Assembly: GCA_963667015.2 (NCBI GenBank) | Contig: CAXXJJ010000004.1 | Location: 2,720,001-2,784,000, forward strand | Direction: 5' to 3' | From: Desulfatiglandales bacterium | GTDB taxonomy: Bacteria > Desulfobacterota > DSM-4660 > Desulfatiglandales > HGW-15 | Length of the DNA: 64,000 nt | Shown: positions 9,055 to 19,784 of the stretch, piece after piece | How the letters are laid out: every line of letters starts with the position of its first letter | Numbering within the stretch: the first letter of the stretch is position 1 | The notes under the pieces: model-generated | The model's database searches: none | Told to the model about the DNA's origin: nothing | What the model saw: only the letters and a program-made list of their open reading frames with translations | Program-made: the position numbers and the translations under genes

Positions 9055-10896
9055 TTAATCGGGATTCAGGTCATCCAGGCTGTCAGCAATCAGATTATCA
9101 TTCTCATCAAAATGATGTTTGTAATATTTTTTAAGCAGGTTGTTGATATATTTTTCCATGTCAGCAATAGCATCCCGGCTGATAATAAAATGTTCAATCC
9201 CTGAACGATCCTTGACCAGTTTAAGTCCGTATTCAAGTTTTTTAGCTACATAAGAAGCAAGGGGGCCGGGTTCACGATTTGACTCTATTGACTGCCTTAT
9301 CAGTTCATCAACCGCGCCGTCATCAAAGGACATGCTGATATCCAGTTTTTCTGCCAGCAGTATCTCTTCGTCTCTTACCTGCTTGTACATGCCTTTAAAA
9401 TCCTCAAAGGCCGTATTGATATCCGTTGTTGTATTCAGATATATCTCGCCAATGAGCTCTCGCCTGTCCTGATTCAGCTCCATTCCAGCAAGATGCCTGA
9501 AATCCTTCTCCCTCCGGGCAATAAATCCGGCAATATTTTCAAGCTCTTCTTTCTTCATCTTTTCGAAGCGTTCGATTCTCTCCGGATTATTATATTCCGT
9601 CTTTAAAAGCTCAAGTTCTCCCTTTGGATTTTCAACAAGTTCAGGGGTAACAAGAAGCTGTTTGATTTCAGTTGAAGGAAGATGTTTTTCAAATTGAATG
9701 AGGACCTTTTCAACAACACTCACAAGACTCCTTGCACCGGTCTTCATTTTTGCGGCCATCTCGGCAATTTTATCAAGTGCAGCTTCTTCAAATTTTATAT
9801 CGATTCCGTAAGCCTTGAAATCCTGCCTTTTACTTACAATAACCGGGTTATTTGGATTTTTCAGGATCTCTGCCAGATCATCCTTTGTAAGCTCATCAAA
9901 AACTACTATAACGGGAAGCCGGCCGATAAACTCGGATTCAAAACCAAATTCTACCAGGTCCTGAGCCGTTACTTCCTTCATTAACTCCCATGGCACCTCT
10001 TTTGGAGTTACATCGGCCTCAAAACCAATCCCCTGCTTCTGAAGGCGTTTCTTTATAATTTCCGTAAGAGCCCCAAAAGCTCCGCTCATAATAAAAAGGA
10101 TGTTTTTGGTATTAACTACCCTTTTTTCCTTTTTGCCGGTCCGCCTGAAATGCTCGATCGCCTGTATCTGGGAAACAGGGTCGTGGGCAACCTTCAGGTC
10201 AATGTCAGTTTCTTCCATGGGCTTCAGGAGCGCCCTTTGAACCCCTGTCCGGGAGACATCATGCCCGATAAGATTGTTTGAAGATGCTATTTTATCGATT
10301 TCGTCAATATAAATAATACCGTTTTCAGCCAGATCTATGTCCTCATCAGCCTCATAAACAAGATCCCTTACAAGATCCTCCACATCTCCGCCGACATAGC
10401 CTGTTTCACTGAACTTGGTCGCATCACCCTTTACCATAGGAACTCCAAGTTTCTGGGCCAGGAGTTTTATCATGTAGGTTTTTCCAACACCCGTCGGACC
10501 TATCATGAGGACATTGTTTTTTATCATCCCCACACCGGTTGTTTTTTTCTTTCCGGAGATCTTATTCAGGAAATTAACCCTGTTGAAATGAGTGCATATC
10601 TTTGTTGAAAGAACTGCTTTTGCATCATCCTGCTTTACCACAAAGGTATCAAGATGGGCCTCCAGCTCTTCCGGGAGCATATCAAAATTGAGAGGAGTCT
10701 TTTTATTTTCAAAGTCTCCGCCATCATCCATTTCATCAATATCCCCCTTGGGCAGCATGACAGGAGAAAGAATTTTAATGCGGTTTCCGTACTTTTTGGA
10801 AAGGTAATCACTCAATTCCTTTTCAAGTTCCTGCTGATTCGGAAGTTTTTCATACTCATCACGTTTATTGCCGGCATTGTCATCATAAATAGTCAT
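9055..10896 (-). CDS. ClpX-like AAA+ ATPase without N-terminal Zn finger, with C-terminal extension
   Basis: GPTGVGKT, DATKFSETGYVGGDVE, IYIDEIDK, IGF loop, GRLP. Confidence 0.85.
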   Translation of the reverse strand: MTIYDDNAGNKRDEYEKLPNQQELEKELSDYLSKKYGNRIKILSPVMLPKGDIDEMDDGGDFENKKTPLNFDMLPEELEAHLDTFVVKQDDAKAVLSTKICTHFNRVNFLNKISGKKKTTGVGMIKNNVLMIGPTGVGKTYMIKLLAQKLGVPMVKGDATKFSETGYVGGDVEDLVRDLVYEADEDIDLAENGIIYIDEIDKIASSNNLIGHDVSRTGVQRALLKPMEETDIDLKVAHDPVSQIQAIEHFRRTGKKEKRVVNTKNILFIMSGAFGALTEIIKKRLQKQGIGFEADVTPKEVPWELMKEVTAQDLVEFGFESEFIGRLPVIVVFDELTKDDLAEILKNPNNPVIVSKRQDFKAYGIDIKFEEAALDKIAEMAAKMKTGARSLVSVVEKVLIQFEKHLPSTEIKQLLVTPELVENPKGELELLKTEYNNPERIERFEKMKKEELENIAGFIARREKDFRHLAGMELNQDRRELIGEIYLNTTTDINTAFEDFKGMYKQVRDEEILLAEKLDISMSFDDGAVDELIRQSIESNREPGPLASYVAKKLEYGLKLVKDRSGIEHFIISRDAIADMEKYINNLLKKYYKHHFDENDNLIADSLDDLNPD

Positions 10897-11195
10897 ATAA
10901 TCCTCATAAAGATATAAACAGATCTGTTTTTACTTATTCCATAAAGTTAAATTATAAATTTAACCCAAATTCAGGGTTTCTTTAAAACGGTTTATATCTA
11001 TCTAATAATTCTAAGAATTTTTATTCCTAAAAATATAGGCATTAAGCACCCTGTTTTCAACCCCAATATTCTTTTTATAGTTTATTGACTGATTCATTGA
11101 TTTTCATTAAAGTCTTGATTTAATAATGATTACTCATTTATACAGATCGGCATTTAAAAACGATACATTAACTTTTAAAAATTGAGGAACCATAT

Positions 11196-14189
11196 ATGGC
11201 CTCTCGACTTGAAATACGACTTAAAAAAGAATTGCCTGATGCTGAGGGCAATAATATTAAAAAAAAGGCAATTGATTACTTCGGACTGGCTGTTAAGGAT
11301 ATCCGGGTCATTAAAATTTTGACTCTTGATGCTGAATTAAGCGAAACTCAGCTGAAGGATATCAAAGCTGAAATCTTTACGAATCCTGTAATTGAAGAAT
11401 CGTCTTTTTCTCCAATAGCAGAAGATTTTGACTGGCTGATATGGATAGGCTTCAGACCGGGCGTCAGAGACACTGTCGGAAGTACAGCAGTAGAAGCGAT
11501 TGAAGATTTTCTTAAGATCCGGTTTAAAAAGGATGAAGCCGTCTACACATCCAAACTCTATGAAGTACGCGGAGATATCAGTGAAGCTGATGCCACTAAA
11601 ATTGCATCTGAAATTCTTTCAAATGATATAATACAGCAATACAGGGTATTCTCAAAAAATGACTGGGATCAGCAAAAAGGCATAGGTATAATCCTCCCCA
11701 AGGTAAAGCTGGATCATGTCCCTAAATCAAACACGATATCCATCAATTCCGATGAGGAACTTAAAAGAATATCCGGTGAACGGAACCTGGCACTTCAGGA
11801 CAGTGATATCCCAACCATAAGGAAATATTTTTTAAGGGAAGATATCCTTGCCGGGCGAAAAAAGGTTGGCCTTGATCAGCCCACCGATGTTGAGCTGGAA
11901 TATATCTCCCAGGCAAGAAGTGACCATTGCAACCACAACACCTTCAGAGCTCTTTTCAATTATAAGGACCTTTCAACCGGCAAAGAAGAGCAGATAAATA
12001 ATCTCTTCAAGACCTGTATTCAGGCCCCCACCCTTGAGATAAAGGATAAAAAAGACTGGGTGGTATCTGTTTTGTGGGACAATGCAGGCGTTGCGCGGTT
12101 TGATGATAAAAACAATTACACCATTACGGGTGAAACCCATAACAGCCCTTCAAACATGGAGGCCTACGGCGGCGCCATTACCGGAATAGTAGGCATTTAC
12201 AGGGACCCGCTGGGTACAGGCAAAGGATCAAAACTAATACTGGGGATGTATGGTTACTGTGTAGGGGACAGGGATTATGACGGTCCGCTTAAACCTCACC
12301 TGCACCCGAGAAGGCTCCTGGACGGTGTAATAGAAGGGGTCAAGGACGGGGGAAACAAGAGCGGTGTTCCCACACCATTCGGCCAGGTGGTTTTTGATAA
12401 AGGCTACATGGGTAAATGCCTTGTCTTTGTTACCGCGCTTGGAATTATGCCGGACAGGATAAACGATGCACCTTCACACCTCAAAAAGACAGAACCCGGA
12501 GAGCTGATAATTATGTCCGGAGGCCGGGTAGGAAAAGACGGCATCCACGGTGTAACAGCATCTTCAGAAGTGTTCAGCGAACATACTCCCGCCGGCCATG
12601 TCCAGATAGGCGACCCCTATACCCAGAAGAAAATGCACGACTTCCTGCTTGAAGCAAGGGATGAAGATCTTTTCACCTTCATAACCGATAACGGCGGTGG
12701 CGGGCTTTCATCGTCCGTAGGAGAGTCTGCCATGCTGAGCAACGGATGCAGGGTGGACCTGGACAAGGTTCCGCTCAAATATGAAGGTCTTGACCAGTGG
12801 GAGATATGGGTATCAGAATCACAGGAAAGAATGACTATTGCTGTTAAACCTGAAAATCTTGACAGATTTATGGAACTCAGTCGAAAGCACGCGGTTGAAT
12901 CAACTGTGATTGGTGAATACAACGACTCCGGATACCTGAGACTGGATTACAACGGAAAAACCTGTGCATATATAAGCATGGATTTCATGGAATCGGATTT
13001 TCCCCAGTGGGTATTTGATGCGGAATGGACACCTCCCGAGACAAGAGGGCTGTGTGAACCTGTAATAAGCGAACCTAAAAAACACGGGGAATTGTTAAAG
13101 ACCATTCTTGCTCGGCCCAATATCTGTTCAAAAAACTGGATTGCCCGACAGTATGATCATGAAGTACAGGGAGGAAGCATTATCAAACCCCTGGTGGGAA
13201 AAGGCAGAGACATCCCGAGTGATGCGGCAGTGGTTAAACCTGTACTGGATTCACCCGGAGGCATTGCGATATCCCAGACTATCAATCCTTTCTTTTCGGA
13301 AATCGATACATACCATATGACGGCATATATTATTGATGAATCCATTAGAAAGGTACTGGCTGTTGGAGGAGATCTGGACCATCTGGGCGGTGTTGATAAT
13401 TTCTGCTGGCCTACTATCCAGTATCATCCGGAACAGAATCCGGACGGTAAATACAAGGCCGCACAGCTTGTGAGATCAAACCTGGCCCTGCGTGATTACT
13501 GCCTCTCATTTGGTATCCCTCTTCTTTCGGGCAAGGACAGCATGTACATAGACGGCAACCTCGAAGGCCTCTATGGTGAAAGAAGAAAAGTATCAGGCCT
13601 TCCCACCCTGCTTTTCACAGTATCGAGCGTTATAAAGGATACTGAAAAATGCCTCACAATGGAGAGCAAGATGCCCGGGGATCTTGTCTATATACTTGGG
13701 GAAACCGAAGACGAGCTCGGAGGAAGCGAATATTACCAGATGATGGGAGAGCTCGGGCTCAATGTTCCTGAAGTGAATACCGAAGAGGTTATTCCCCTTT
13801 ATAAAAAGCTGGGAGAGGCCACTGACCAGGGTCTTATTGCATCTGCCCACGCAGTATCAAGGGGCGGACTTGGCGTACATCTGGCAATGGTTGCCATGGG
13901 TGGCGAATTGGGAATGGAGGTTGATCTTAAGGCTGTTCCCGCTGCTCCCGGACTTTCTGATATAACGATACTCTATTCGGAATCAGCAGGAAGGTTCATT
14001 GTTACGGTTGACCCGGCAAAAAAAGAGAAATTCGAGAAACTTTTTAATGGTTTAAAGATCGGCCTTGCAGGCAGGGTTGCGGATTCAAATATATTTAGAA
14101 TTTCAGGAATCAGCGGCAGTGAAATAATATGTGAAGAGGTTGGTGCCCTGAAAGACTGCTGGTCAAAAACCTTTGGAGGATTAATATAA
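11196..14189 (+). CDS. purL: FGAM synthase synthetase subunit with N-terminal PurS-like extension
   Basis: SDHCNH, ETHNSPS, GKDGIHG, SESQERM, SGKDSM. Confidence 0.93.
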   Translation: MASRLEIRLKKELPDAEGNNIKKKAIDYFGLAVKDIRVIKILTLDAELSETQLKDIKAEIFTNPVIEESSFSPIAEDFDWLIWIGFRPGVRDTVGSTAVEAIEDFLKIRFKKDEAVYTSKLYEVRGDISEADATKIASEILSNDIIQQYRVFSKNDWDQQKGIGIILPKVKLDHVPKSNTISINSDEELKRISGERNLALQDSDIPTIRKYFLREDILAGRKKVGLDQPTDVELEYISQARSDHCNHNTFRALFNYKDLSTGKEEQINNLFKTCIQAPTLEIKDKKDWVVSVLWDNAGVARFDDKNNYTITGETHNSPSNMEAYGGAITGIVGIYRDPLGTGKGSKLILGMYGYCVGDRDYDGPLKPHLHPRRLLDGVIEGVKDGGNKSGVPTPFGQVVFDKGYMGKCLVFVTALGIMPDRINDAPSHLKKTEPGELIIMSGGRVGKDGIHGVTASSEVFSEHTPAGHVQIGDPYTQKKMHDFLLEARDEDLFTFITDNGGGGLSSSVGESAMLSNGCRVDLDKVPLKYEGLDQWEIWVSESQERMTIAVKPENLDRFMELSRKHAVESTVIGEYNDSGYLRLDYNGKTCAYISMDFMESDFPQWVFDAEWTPPETRGLCEPVISEPKKHGELLKTILARPNICSKNWIARQYDHEVQGGSIIKPLVGKGRDIPSDAAVVKPVLDSPGGIAISQTINPFFSEIDTYHMTAYIIDESIRKVLAVGGDLDHLGGVDNFCWPTIQYHPEQNPDGKYKAAQLVRSNLALRDYCLSFGIPLLSGKDSMYIDGNLEGLYGERRKVSGLPTLLFTVSSVIKDTEKCLTMESKMPGDLVYILGETEDELGGSEYYQMMGELGLNVPEVNTEEVIPLYKKLGEATDQGLIASAHAVSRGGLGVHLAMVAMGGELGMEVDLKAVPAAPGLSDITILYSESAGRFIVTVDPAKKEKFEKLFNGLKIGLAGRVADSNIFRISGISGSEIICEEVGALKDCWSKTFGGLI

Positions 14190-15013
14190 TGCCTGTAAAA
14201 GCACTTATACTTACCGGGTACGGGCTTAACTGTGATTATGAAACAGAGTATGCATTGAAGCTTGCAGGGGCAGATACCCTGAAGATGCATATAAATGATG
14301 TTATAGAAGATTCAGGAAAGATTTTGAAAGACTGCCGGATACTTGTCTTCGGCGGTGGATTCAGCTGGGCAGATGACCACGGAGCCGGGGTTATCTTTGC
14401 ATCAAAAATAAAATTCAATATAGGTGACAGGATAAAGGAATTTATTGAGGAGGGAAACCTTGTTATAGGGATATGTAACGGATTCCAGTCTCTTGTAAAT
14501 CTCGGCCTGCTTCCAGGTTTTGACAACAACTATACAGAAAGACGCGTTGCACTTACGAACAATGACAGGGGCAACTTCATCGACTGCTGGATTAATTTAA
14601 AGATCAACCCCAATTCAAATTGTGTATTTACAAAGGGAATGGATACCATTGAACTTCCTGTACGTCATGCTGAAGGTAAGCTTTTTGCTTCGGAAAACGA
14701 TATTGACCGGCTTTTTAAAAGCAATCAGGTCGTCGCGCAATACGCTGACAGGGAAGGTAATCCTGCAGATGATGTGTGGCCATTTAACCCTAACGGTTCC
14801 ATAAGGGATATAGCAGGGATTTGTGATCCGACAGGCCGGATATTCGGCCTTATGCCTCACCCCGAGGCATTTCATTCATACATGAATCATCCGGAGTGGA
14901 CAGGTAAAAAGGAAAGATTATCAAGAGAAGGGAAGAAACTGGAAAATAAGGAAGGTGATGGTATCAGGATATTCAGAAACGCAGTGGAGTACGCAAACCA
15001 GAAATTATCTTAA
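14189..15013 (+). CDS. purQ: FGAM synthase glutaminase subunit
   Basis: GGFSWAD, GICNGFQ, GLMPHPE. Confidence 0.93.
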   Translation: MPVKALILTGYGLNCDYETEYALKLAGADTLKMHINDVIEDSGKILKDCRILVFGGGFSWADDHGAGVIFASKIKFNIGDRIKEFIEEGNLVIGICNGFQSLVNLGLLPGFDNNYTERRVALTNNDRGNFIDCWINLKINPNSNCVFTKGMDTIELPVRHAEGKLFASENDIDRLFKSNQVVAQYADREGNPADDVWPFNPNGSIRDIAGICDPTGRIFGLMPHPEAFHSYMNHPEWTGKKERLSREGKKLENKEGDGIRIFRNAVEYANQKLS

Positions 15014-15036
15014 CCCCCTTATTTAGTCGTAAATAT

Positions 15037-15092
15037 AGAAAAGAGTATTTAAGGAGAGATCAATAATTCTCCCATATACTCTTTTTTATTTT
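15037..15092 (+). terminator. Probable terminator after purQ
   Basis: AAAAGAGTAT..GGAGA/TCTCC..ATACTCTTTT inverted repeat with T-tract. Confidence 0.55.
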
Positions 15093-15288
15093 CTATTTAC
15101 TATTCCGTCCAGCCAGGATGTCCTGCCCAACCTTCATTTAAACAGCCGGGGCCGTCGTACCAGTATTCCTTACCGCCCATAGTCTTCTGGAATCTTGGTC
15201 CAAGGTGGATAGCCTGAGACATAAAAGGCCATGCTATAGTCTCTTCTTAATATTTTTCAGAATATGCTGTGTTCAACCAGTAAGATAT

Positions 15289-15702
15289 TTACTGACGCTT
15301 TAATATAATCTGCTGTTCTTCAACCCCGAAACCGCCACCGGCTTGATCTTCAGTCACGCTTTTAAAACTAAGTTTTATTCTATCGCCTTTTACTTTGCCC
15401 TTATAACAGAATACCATTTTTGAAGGGCCTATATTCACATCCAGCAAAAACCATATTTTATTACCCTTAATAATACCTTCCCTTATGGGGACCTGTATTC
15501 CCATTCCGGCAGGTTCATTATATCCTGTAAGCGTTTCTCCATCAGCCTTAAAACCAAAAGTAAGAACCATCGGTGGTGTTCCCTGTCCTCGGCCAAAACC
15601 ACCAAACTGTGCAAATTCACCGGCCCATTTACCATCAATATCAGCGGCAAAGGAAATACTGGCTATCAGCAATATTCCAAGAATGAATGTAAATAGGCGC
15701 AT
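15289..15702 (-). CDS. Secreted hypothetical protein
   Basis: Signal peptide ..SFA/ADIDGKW, AGGAGG RBS. Confidence 0.8.
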   Translation of the reverse strand: MRLFTFILGILLIASISFAADIDGKWAGEFAQFGGFGRGQGTPPMVLTFGFKADGETLTGYNEPAGMGIQVPIREGIIKGNKIWFLLDVNIGPSKMVFCYKGKVKGDRIKLSFKSVTEDQAGGGFGVEEQQIILKRQ

Positions 15703-15872
15703 AAAATCCCTCCTTTATTGGGGATTCTGATAAGGAAACCTGATTATTTTTTAAAGCAAAAAGTATAGGGAATATACCCATATGTGTCAACCGAAACATA
15801 AAGCCCGGCTACGAACCGGGCCTATAAAGGTCAAATAAAAACCATTCTTTGACTTATTAGATAAAAATCAGG

Positions 15873-16889
15873 TTATTTTTTAGCCATTTCATACATCTGC
15901 ATGGTTGAACTCTTGCGCATGCCAATAAGGTTTTTTGGGACCTGCTGTTTCAGCTCATCAACGGTCCATCGGTTACCGTCACCGTATTTTATAAGTGAAC
16001 TTGTCCATTCAGCTTCTGAATAAAGATGAATGGATGGCCCGCCCACAAAAAAGACTGACCCGCTTATTCCTGCTGCATCATCTGTAGACAGGTAACAGAT
16101 AAAGGGCGCCAGATCATCCGGGCTGGGGCTCATATTAAGGGGCAGTTTAAAATTTTCAAAAACCCATGGTCCCTGGCCTTCGGGCATGGCCTTTTCATAG
16201 GCATCTATCTCAAATGAAGCCCTTGTATTGGCATTGGGAGCAAATGCATTACAGGTAATCCCATACTCAATTACTTCCTGGGCAACCGCAAAGGTGAGGC
16301 CTACAACTCCTGCATTTGCAGCAGAATAATGGGCCTGACGGATTCCTCCGCCCTTGAAGGCACCCGATGTACAGTTGACAATACGCCCGAATTTCTGTTT
16401 CATCATGTGTGGAAGTGCATGCCTTATACAGTTAAAATGTGCCTTTGGTTTTACATTACATACCTTGTCCCAGTCTTCCTCACTCATCTCCCAGACCGGG
16501 CTGAATGAGAATGTTCCAACAACATTGACAAGGATATCGATTCTGCCGAAATTATCCACAGCAGTTTGTATAAGCTCTTTTGCTGTTTCAAAATTACTTG
16601 TGTCGCCAAAAAAGGCTACGGCCTCACCGCCTGCGTCCCTGATAGCCTGTGCTGTTGTCTCTGCATCACCCTTTGCTTCTTCGGATTTCTTTTTAAGGGT
16701 CTCTTTTTCCTCATCACTCAGGTTGCTCACCAGAGATTCATCCATAATGGCAAAGCCTGTTGATCCGGGTTTACGGTTATTGGTAACAACCTTTGCGCCT
16801 TCTCTACCCATGGCTAAAGCAATACTGCGACCGATGCCCTGACCTGACCCGGTAACCACCGCCACTTTGCCTTTTAAATTATCATTCAT
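15873..16889 (-). CDS. SDR-family NAD(P)-dependent oxidoreductase
   Basis: VTGSGQGIG, FGRIDILVN, YSAAN at the catalytic YxxxK position. Confidence 0.9.
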   Translation of the reverse strand: MNDNLKGKVAVVTGSGQGIGRSIALAMGREGAKVVTNNRKPGSTGFAIMDESLVSNLSDEEKETLKKKSEEAKGDAETTAQAIRDAGGEAVAFFGDTSNFETAKELIQTAVDNFGRIDILVNVVGTFSFSPVWEMSEEDWDKVCNVKPKAHFNCIRHALPHMMKQKFGRIVNCTSGAFKGGGIRQAHYSAANAGVVGLTFAVAQEVIEYGITCNAFAPNANTRASFEIDAYEKAMPEGQGPWVFENFKLPLNMSPSPDDLAPFICYLSTDDAAGISGSVFFVGGPSIHLYSEAEWTSSLIKYGDGNRWTVDELKQQVPKNLIGMRKSSTMQMYEMAKK

Positions 16890-17203
16890 TTTATACCCTC
16901 CTCAGGAAATATTTCGTTTAATGCTAATATTAGAAATTTACACTATACTATTAAATAATAATTTTCAAATACCTGATAATAATTAGTTAAAAATGCCGAT
17001 TTTCGACACTGACAAAATAATATATCAGATTTTATCTATTGAAATTATATAATTTTAAGCTTAAAATAAATGATTGTTTTATTAGTCAATCAATTCATGC
17101 GGATATTATACCTCAAATGCTATTGACTCACAGAGACATACCCAATATACTTGATTTATGATAAAATGTTTTATTATCAACAGCTTATACCAGGAGACAA
17201 AGA

Positions 17204-19768
17204 ATGGAAGCAATCAAAGAGGTTAATAATTCATATAAAAAAGCCGTTAAGATAATGCCGCAGGCTATTGAACCCTTTGACAGAGAATGGGGGATAGGAA
17301 TTTCAGGAAATACTCCTGAACCTTCTCCATTTCCGCGCATTAACAGAATTCTGAAGAATACTGCAAAGACAACAAACGGTTTTGTGCCGGCAGAAAGGGC
17401 TCTTCTGGTTACCGAGGCATATAAAAACAATCCAGGGGTGCCTCAGATAACAAAATGCGCCGAGGGTATGGCAAATTTATTAAGGAATACGCCAATCTAT
17501 ATATATGATGATGAGCTGATCGCAGGCGGGCTTGGCTGTGATAAAAAAGGCGCCCCTGTTTTTCCTGAATTCGGTCTCAACTGGGTAGTTGATGAAATGC
17601 GGGACGGCCTGATGGACTACAGCGAAGAACGCACACATGATTATTTCAGCTATACCAGGGAGTCCCATGAAAAACTTGAATCCATCAGGGATTTCTGGAA
17701 CGGAAATACAATTGAAGACTATGCAAATTCATTATTAACAGACGATGAACTAAAAGGCTCCCATGCAGGCAAGGGGGTATTTTTTGCTGATGCCTATATT
17801 TTCTGCGGGGCCGGGCACCTTGGGCTGTCGTATGAAAGACTGTTCAAGATAGGCTATAAAGGTATCAGGCAAATGATTCTCGATGCCATTAATGATATTG
17901 ATAAAACCTCGCCCGAGGGTCTTAAAAAATATATCTTCTTAAAGGCCGAACTCCTTGTAAACGAAGCCGCCACAGACCATATAAAACGCTATGCAAGCCT
18001 TGCATGGGAAAAGGCCAAAAAAGAATCCGATGAAACCCGAAAAAAAGAACTCCTTCAGATGCACGAAAACCTTAAATGGGTATCGGAAAATCCGCCCCGC
18101 ACATTCTGGGAGGCCATTCAGCTGGTGCATATTGCAAACTGCATGATACATATGGAATGCAATGGCCATTCGATATCATATGGAAGATTTGATCAGTACA
18201 TGTATCCTTTTTTTAAAAAGGATATCGAGAGCGGAACAGCAACCAGGGAATTCTGCCAGGAGCTTATAGAAAATTTTTATATAAAGATATGGGACCTTAA
18301 TAAACTGCGAAGCCATGTCCTTATAAAAACATTCGGTAATGGCGGTGTTGGCGGTCAGTGCCTGACCCTGGGGGGAATTGACAGGGATGGCAGGGATGCG
18401 ACCAATGAGTTGACCTATATGGGTGTTGATGCCCATGTTCACATCAGGATACCTACCCCATGGCTGGCTGTCAGGCTGCATGCCGGCACGCCCTGGGAAC
18501 TGAAGGTAAAGGTGGCAAACGCAATCCGCCTGGGGACAGGTGAACCCAAGATATTTAATGATGATGTGGCAATACCGTCCATGCTGTCATCCTATACTGA
18601 CATAAAAGATGCACGGAATTACCAGGTGGTCGGGTGTGTTGAGCCTGACGTTACCGGAAAATCATACGGCTGGAAAGACTGCGGGCACATGAACATGGCC
18701 AAGGTACTTGAACTCGCCATGAACAACGGCCGTTGTATAGACTGCGGCCCGCAGTGTATGAGATGGGACAAATGCGGTGCTATCGGGGAAAGACTCGGTC
18801 TTGAAACCGGAAGCCTTGAGGATTTCAAGACATTCGATGAGGTGCTTGAGGCCTATGACAAACAGATGAAATACTGGTGCGATCGCCAGATATCAGTATT
18901 GAACGCTGTTGATCTTGCGCACCAGGCATTGAAACCATTGCCTTATCTTTCTTCTGTTATGGAAGGATGCATTGAAAATGGCAAGGATATAACACATGGA
19001 GGTGTTAAGTATAATTTCAGCGGTCCCCAGTGCGTCGGAATCGGCACCACAGGAGACGGGCTTGCAACAATCAAACAGCTTGTGTTTGAAGAAAAGAAGG
19101 TAACCGGAAAAGAATTCCTTACAGCTATCCGGAAAAACTGGGAAGGCTATGAATCTCTTTATGCCTATGTGAACAGCGATAAGGTACACCATTACGGCAA
19201 TGATGACGATTATGCAGATGAACTCACCAGGTTTGCCATGGATACATGGTGCAAACATATAGAACACAGGCCAAACACCCGTGGCGGATTCTATCAGCCG
19301 GGTGCATATTCTGTTACTGTAAACGTAGCATTCGGACTCATGCAATGGGCGTCCTTTGAAGGTAGAAAGGCATTTGAACCCCTATCAGACTGCATGGGGG
19401 CAGTTCACACACACTTCGCCTCACATGATGTATCCGGTCCAACCGCAATATGCAGATCGGTTACAAAACTTGACCATGCAAGGGCAACCAACGGCACCCT
19501 TTTAAACTGGAAATTTTCACCTTCATCCCTTACCGGAGATACCGGCAGGGACAGTTTCATTGCACTGCTCGACGAATATGTTCAGAGAAAGGGCATGCAC
19601 AGCCAGTTCAGTGTTGTCAACCAGGAGACACTGGTCGAGGCCCAGAAAAACCCGGATGAATACAGGGATCTTTTAATCCGGGTTGCAGGTTACAGTGCAT
19701 ACTTTGTAGAACTTTCAAAAGAGCTTCAGGATGATATTATAGGCAGGACAGTACTGTCCTTTGACTGA
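17204..19768 (+). CDS. Glycyl radical enzyme (diol-dehydratase-like, substrate unknown)
   Basis: VVGCVEP Cys loop, RVAGYS Gly loop, NGHSIS. Confidence 0.93.
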   Translation: MEAIKEVNNSYKKAVKIMPQAIEPFDREWGIGISGNTPEPSPFPRINRILKNTAKTTNGFVPAERALLVTEAYKNNPGVPQITKCAEGMANLLRNTPIYIYDDELIAGGLGCDKKGAPVFPEFGLNWVVDEMRDGLMDYSEERTHDYFSYTRESHEKLESIRDFWNGNTIEDYANSLLTDDELKGSHAGKGVFFADAYIFCGAGHLGLSYERLFKIGYKGIRQMILDAINDIDKTSPEGLKKYIFLKAELLVNEAATDHIKRYASLAWEKAKKESDETRKKELLQMHENLKWVSENPPRTFWEAIQLVHIANCMIHMECNGHSISYGRFDQYMYPFFKKDIESGTATREFCQELIENFYIKIWDLNKLRSHVLIKTFGNGGVGGQCLTLGGIDRDGRDATNELTYMGVDAHVHIRIPTPWLAVRLHAGTPWELKVKVANAIRLGTGEPKIFNDDVAIPSMLSSYTDIKDARNYQVVGCVEPDVTGKSYGWKDCGHMNMAKVLELAMNNGRCIDCGPQCMRWDKCGAIGERLGLETGSLEDFKTFDEVLEAYDKQMKYWCDRQISVLNAVDLAHQALKPLPYLSSVMEGCIENGKDITHGGVKYNFSGPQCVGIGTTGDGLATIKQLVFEEKKVTGKEFLTAIRKNWEGYESLYAYVNSDKVHHYGNDDDYADELTRFAMDTWCKHIEHRPNTRGGFYQPGAYSVTVNVAFGLMQWASFEGRKAFEPLSDCMGAVHTHFASHDVSGPTAICRSVTKLDHARATNGTLLNWKFSPSSLTGDTGRDSFIALLDEYVQRKGMHSQFSVVNQETLVEAQKNPDEYRDLLIRVAGYSAYFVELSKELQDDIIGRTVLSFD

Positions 19769-19784
19769 TCGGATATAAAGACTG

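Noticed and set aside
11196..11700. PurS-like extension on PurL as a novelty
   Set aside because: PurS-PurL fusions with separate PurQ are a known arrangement
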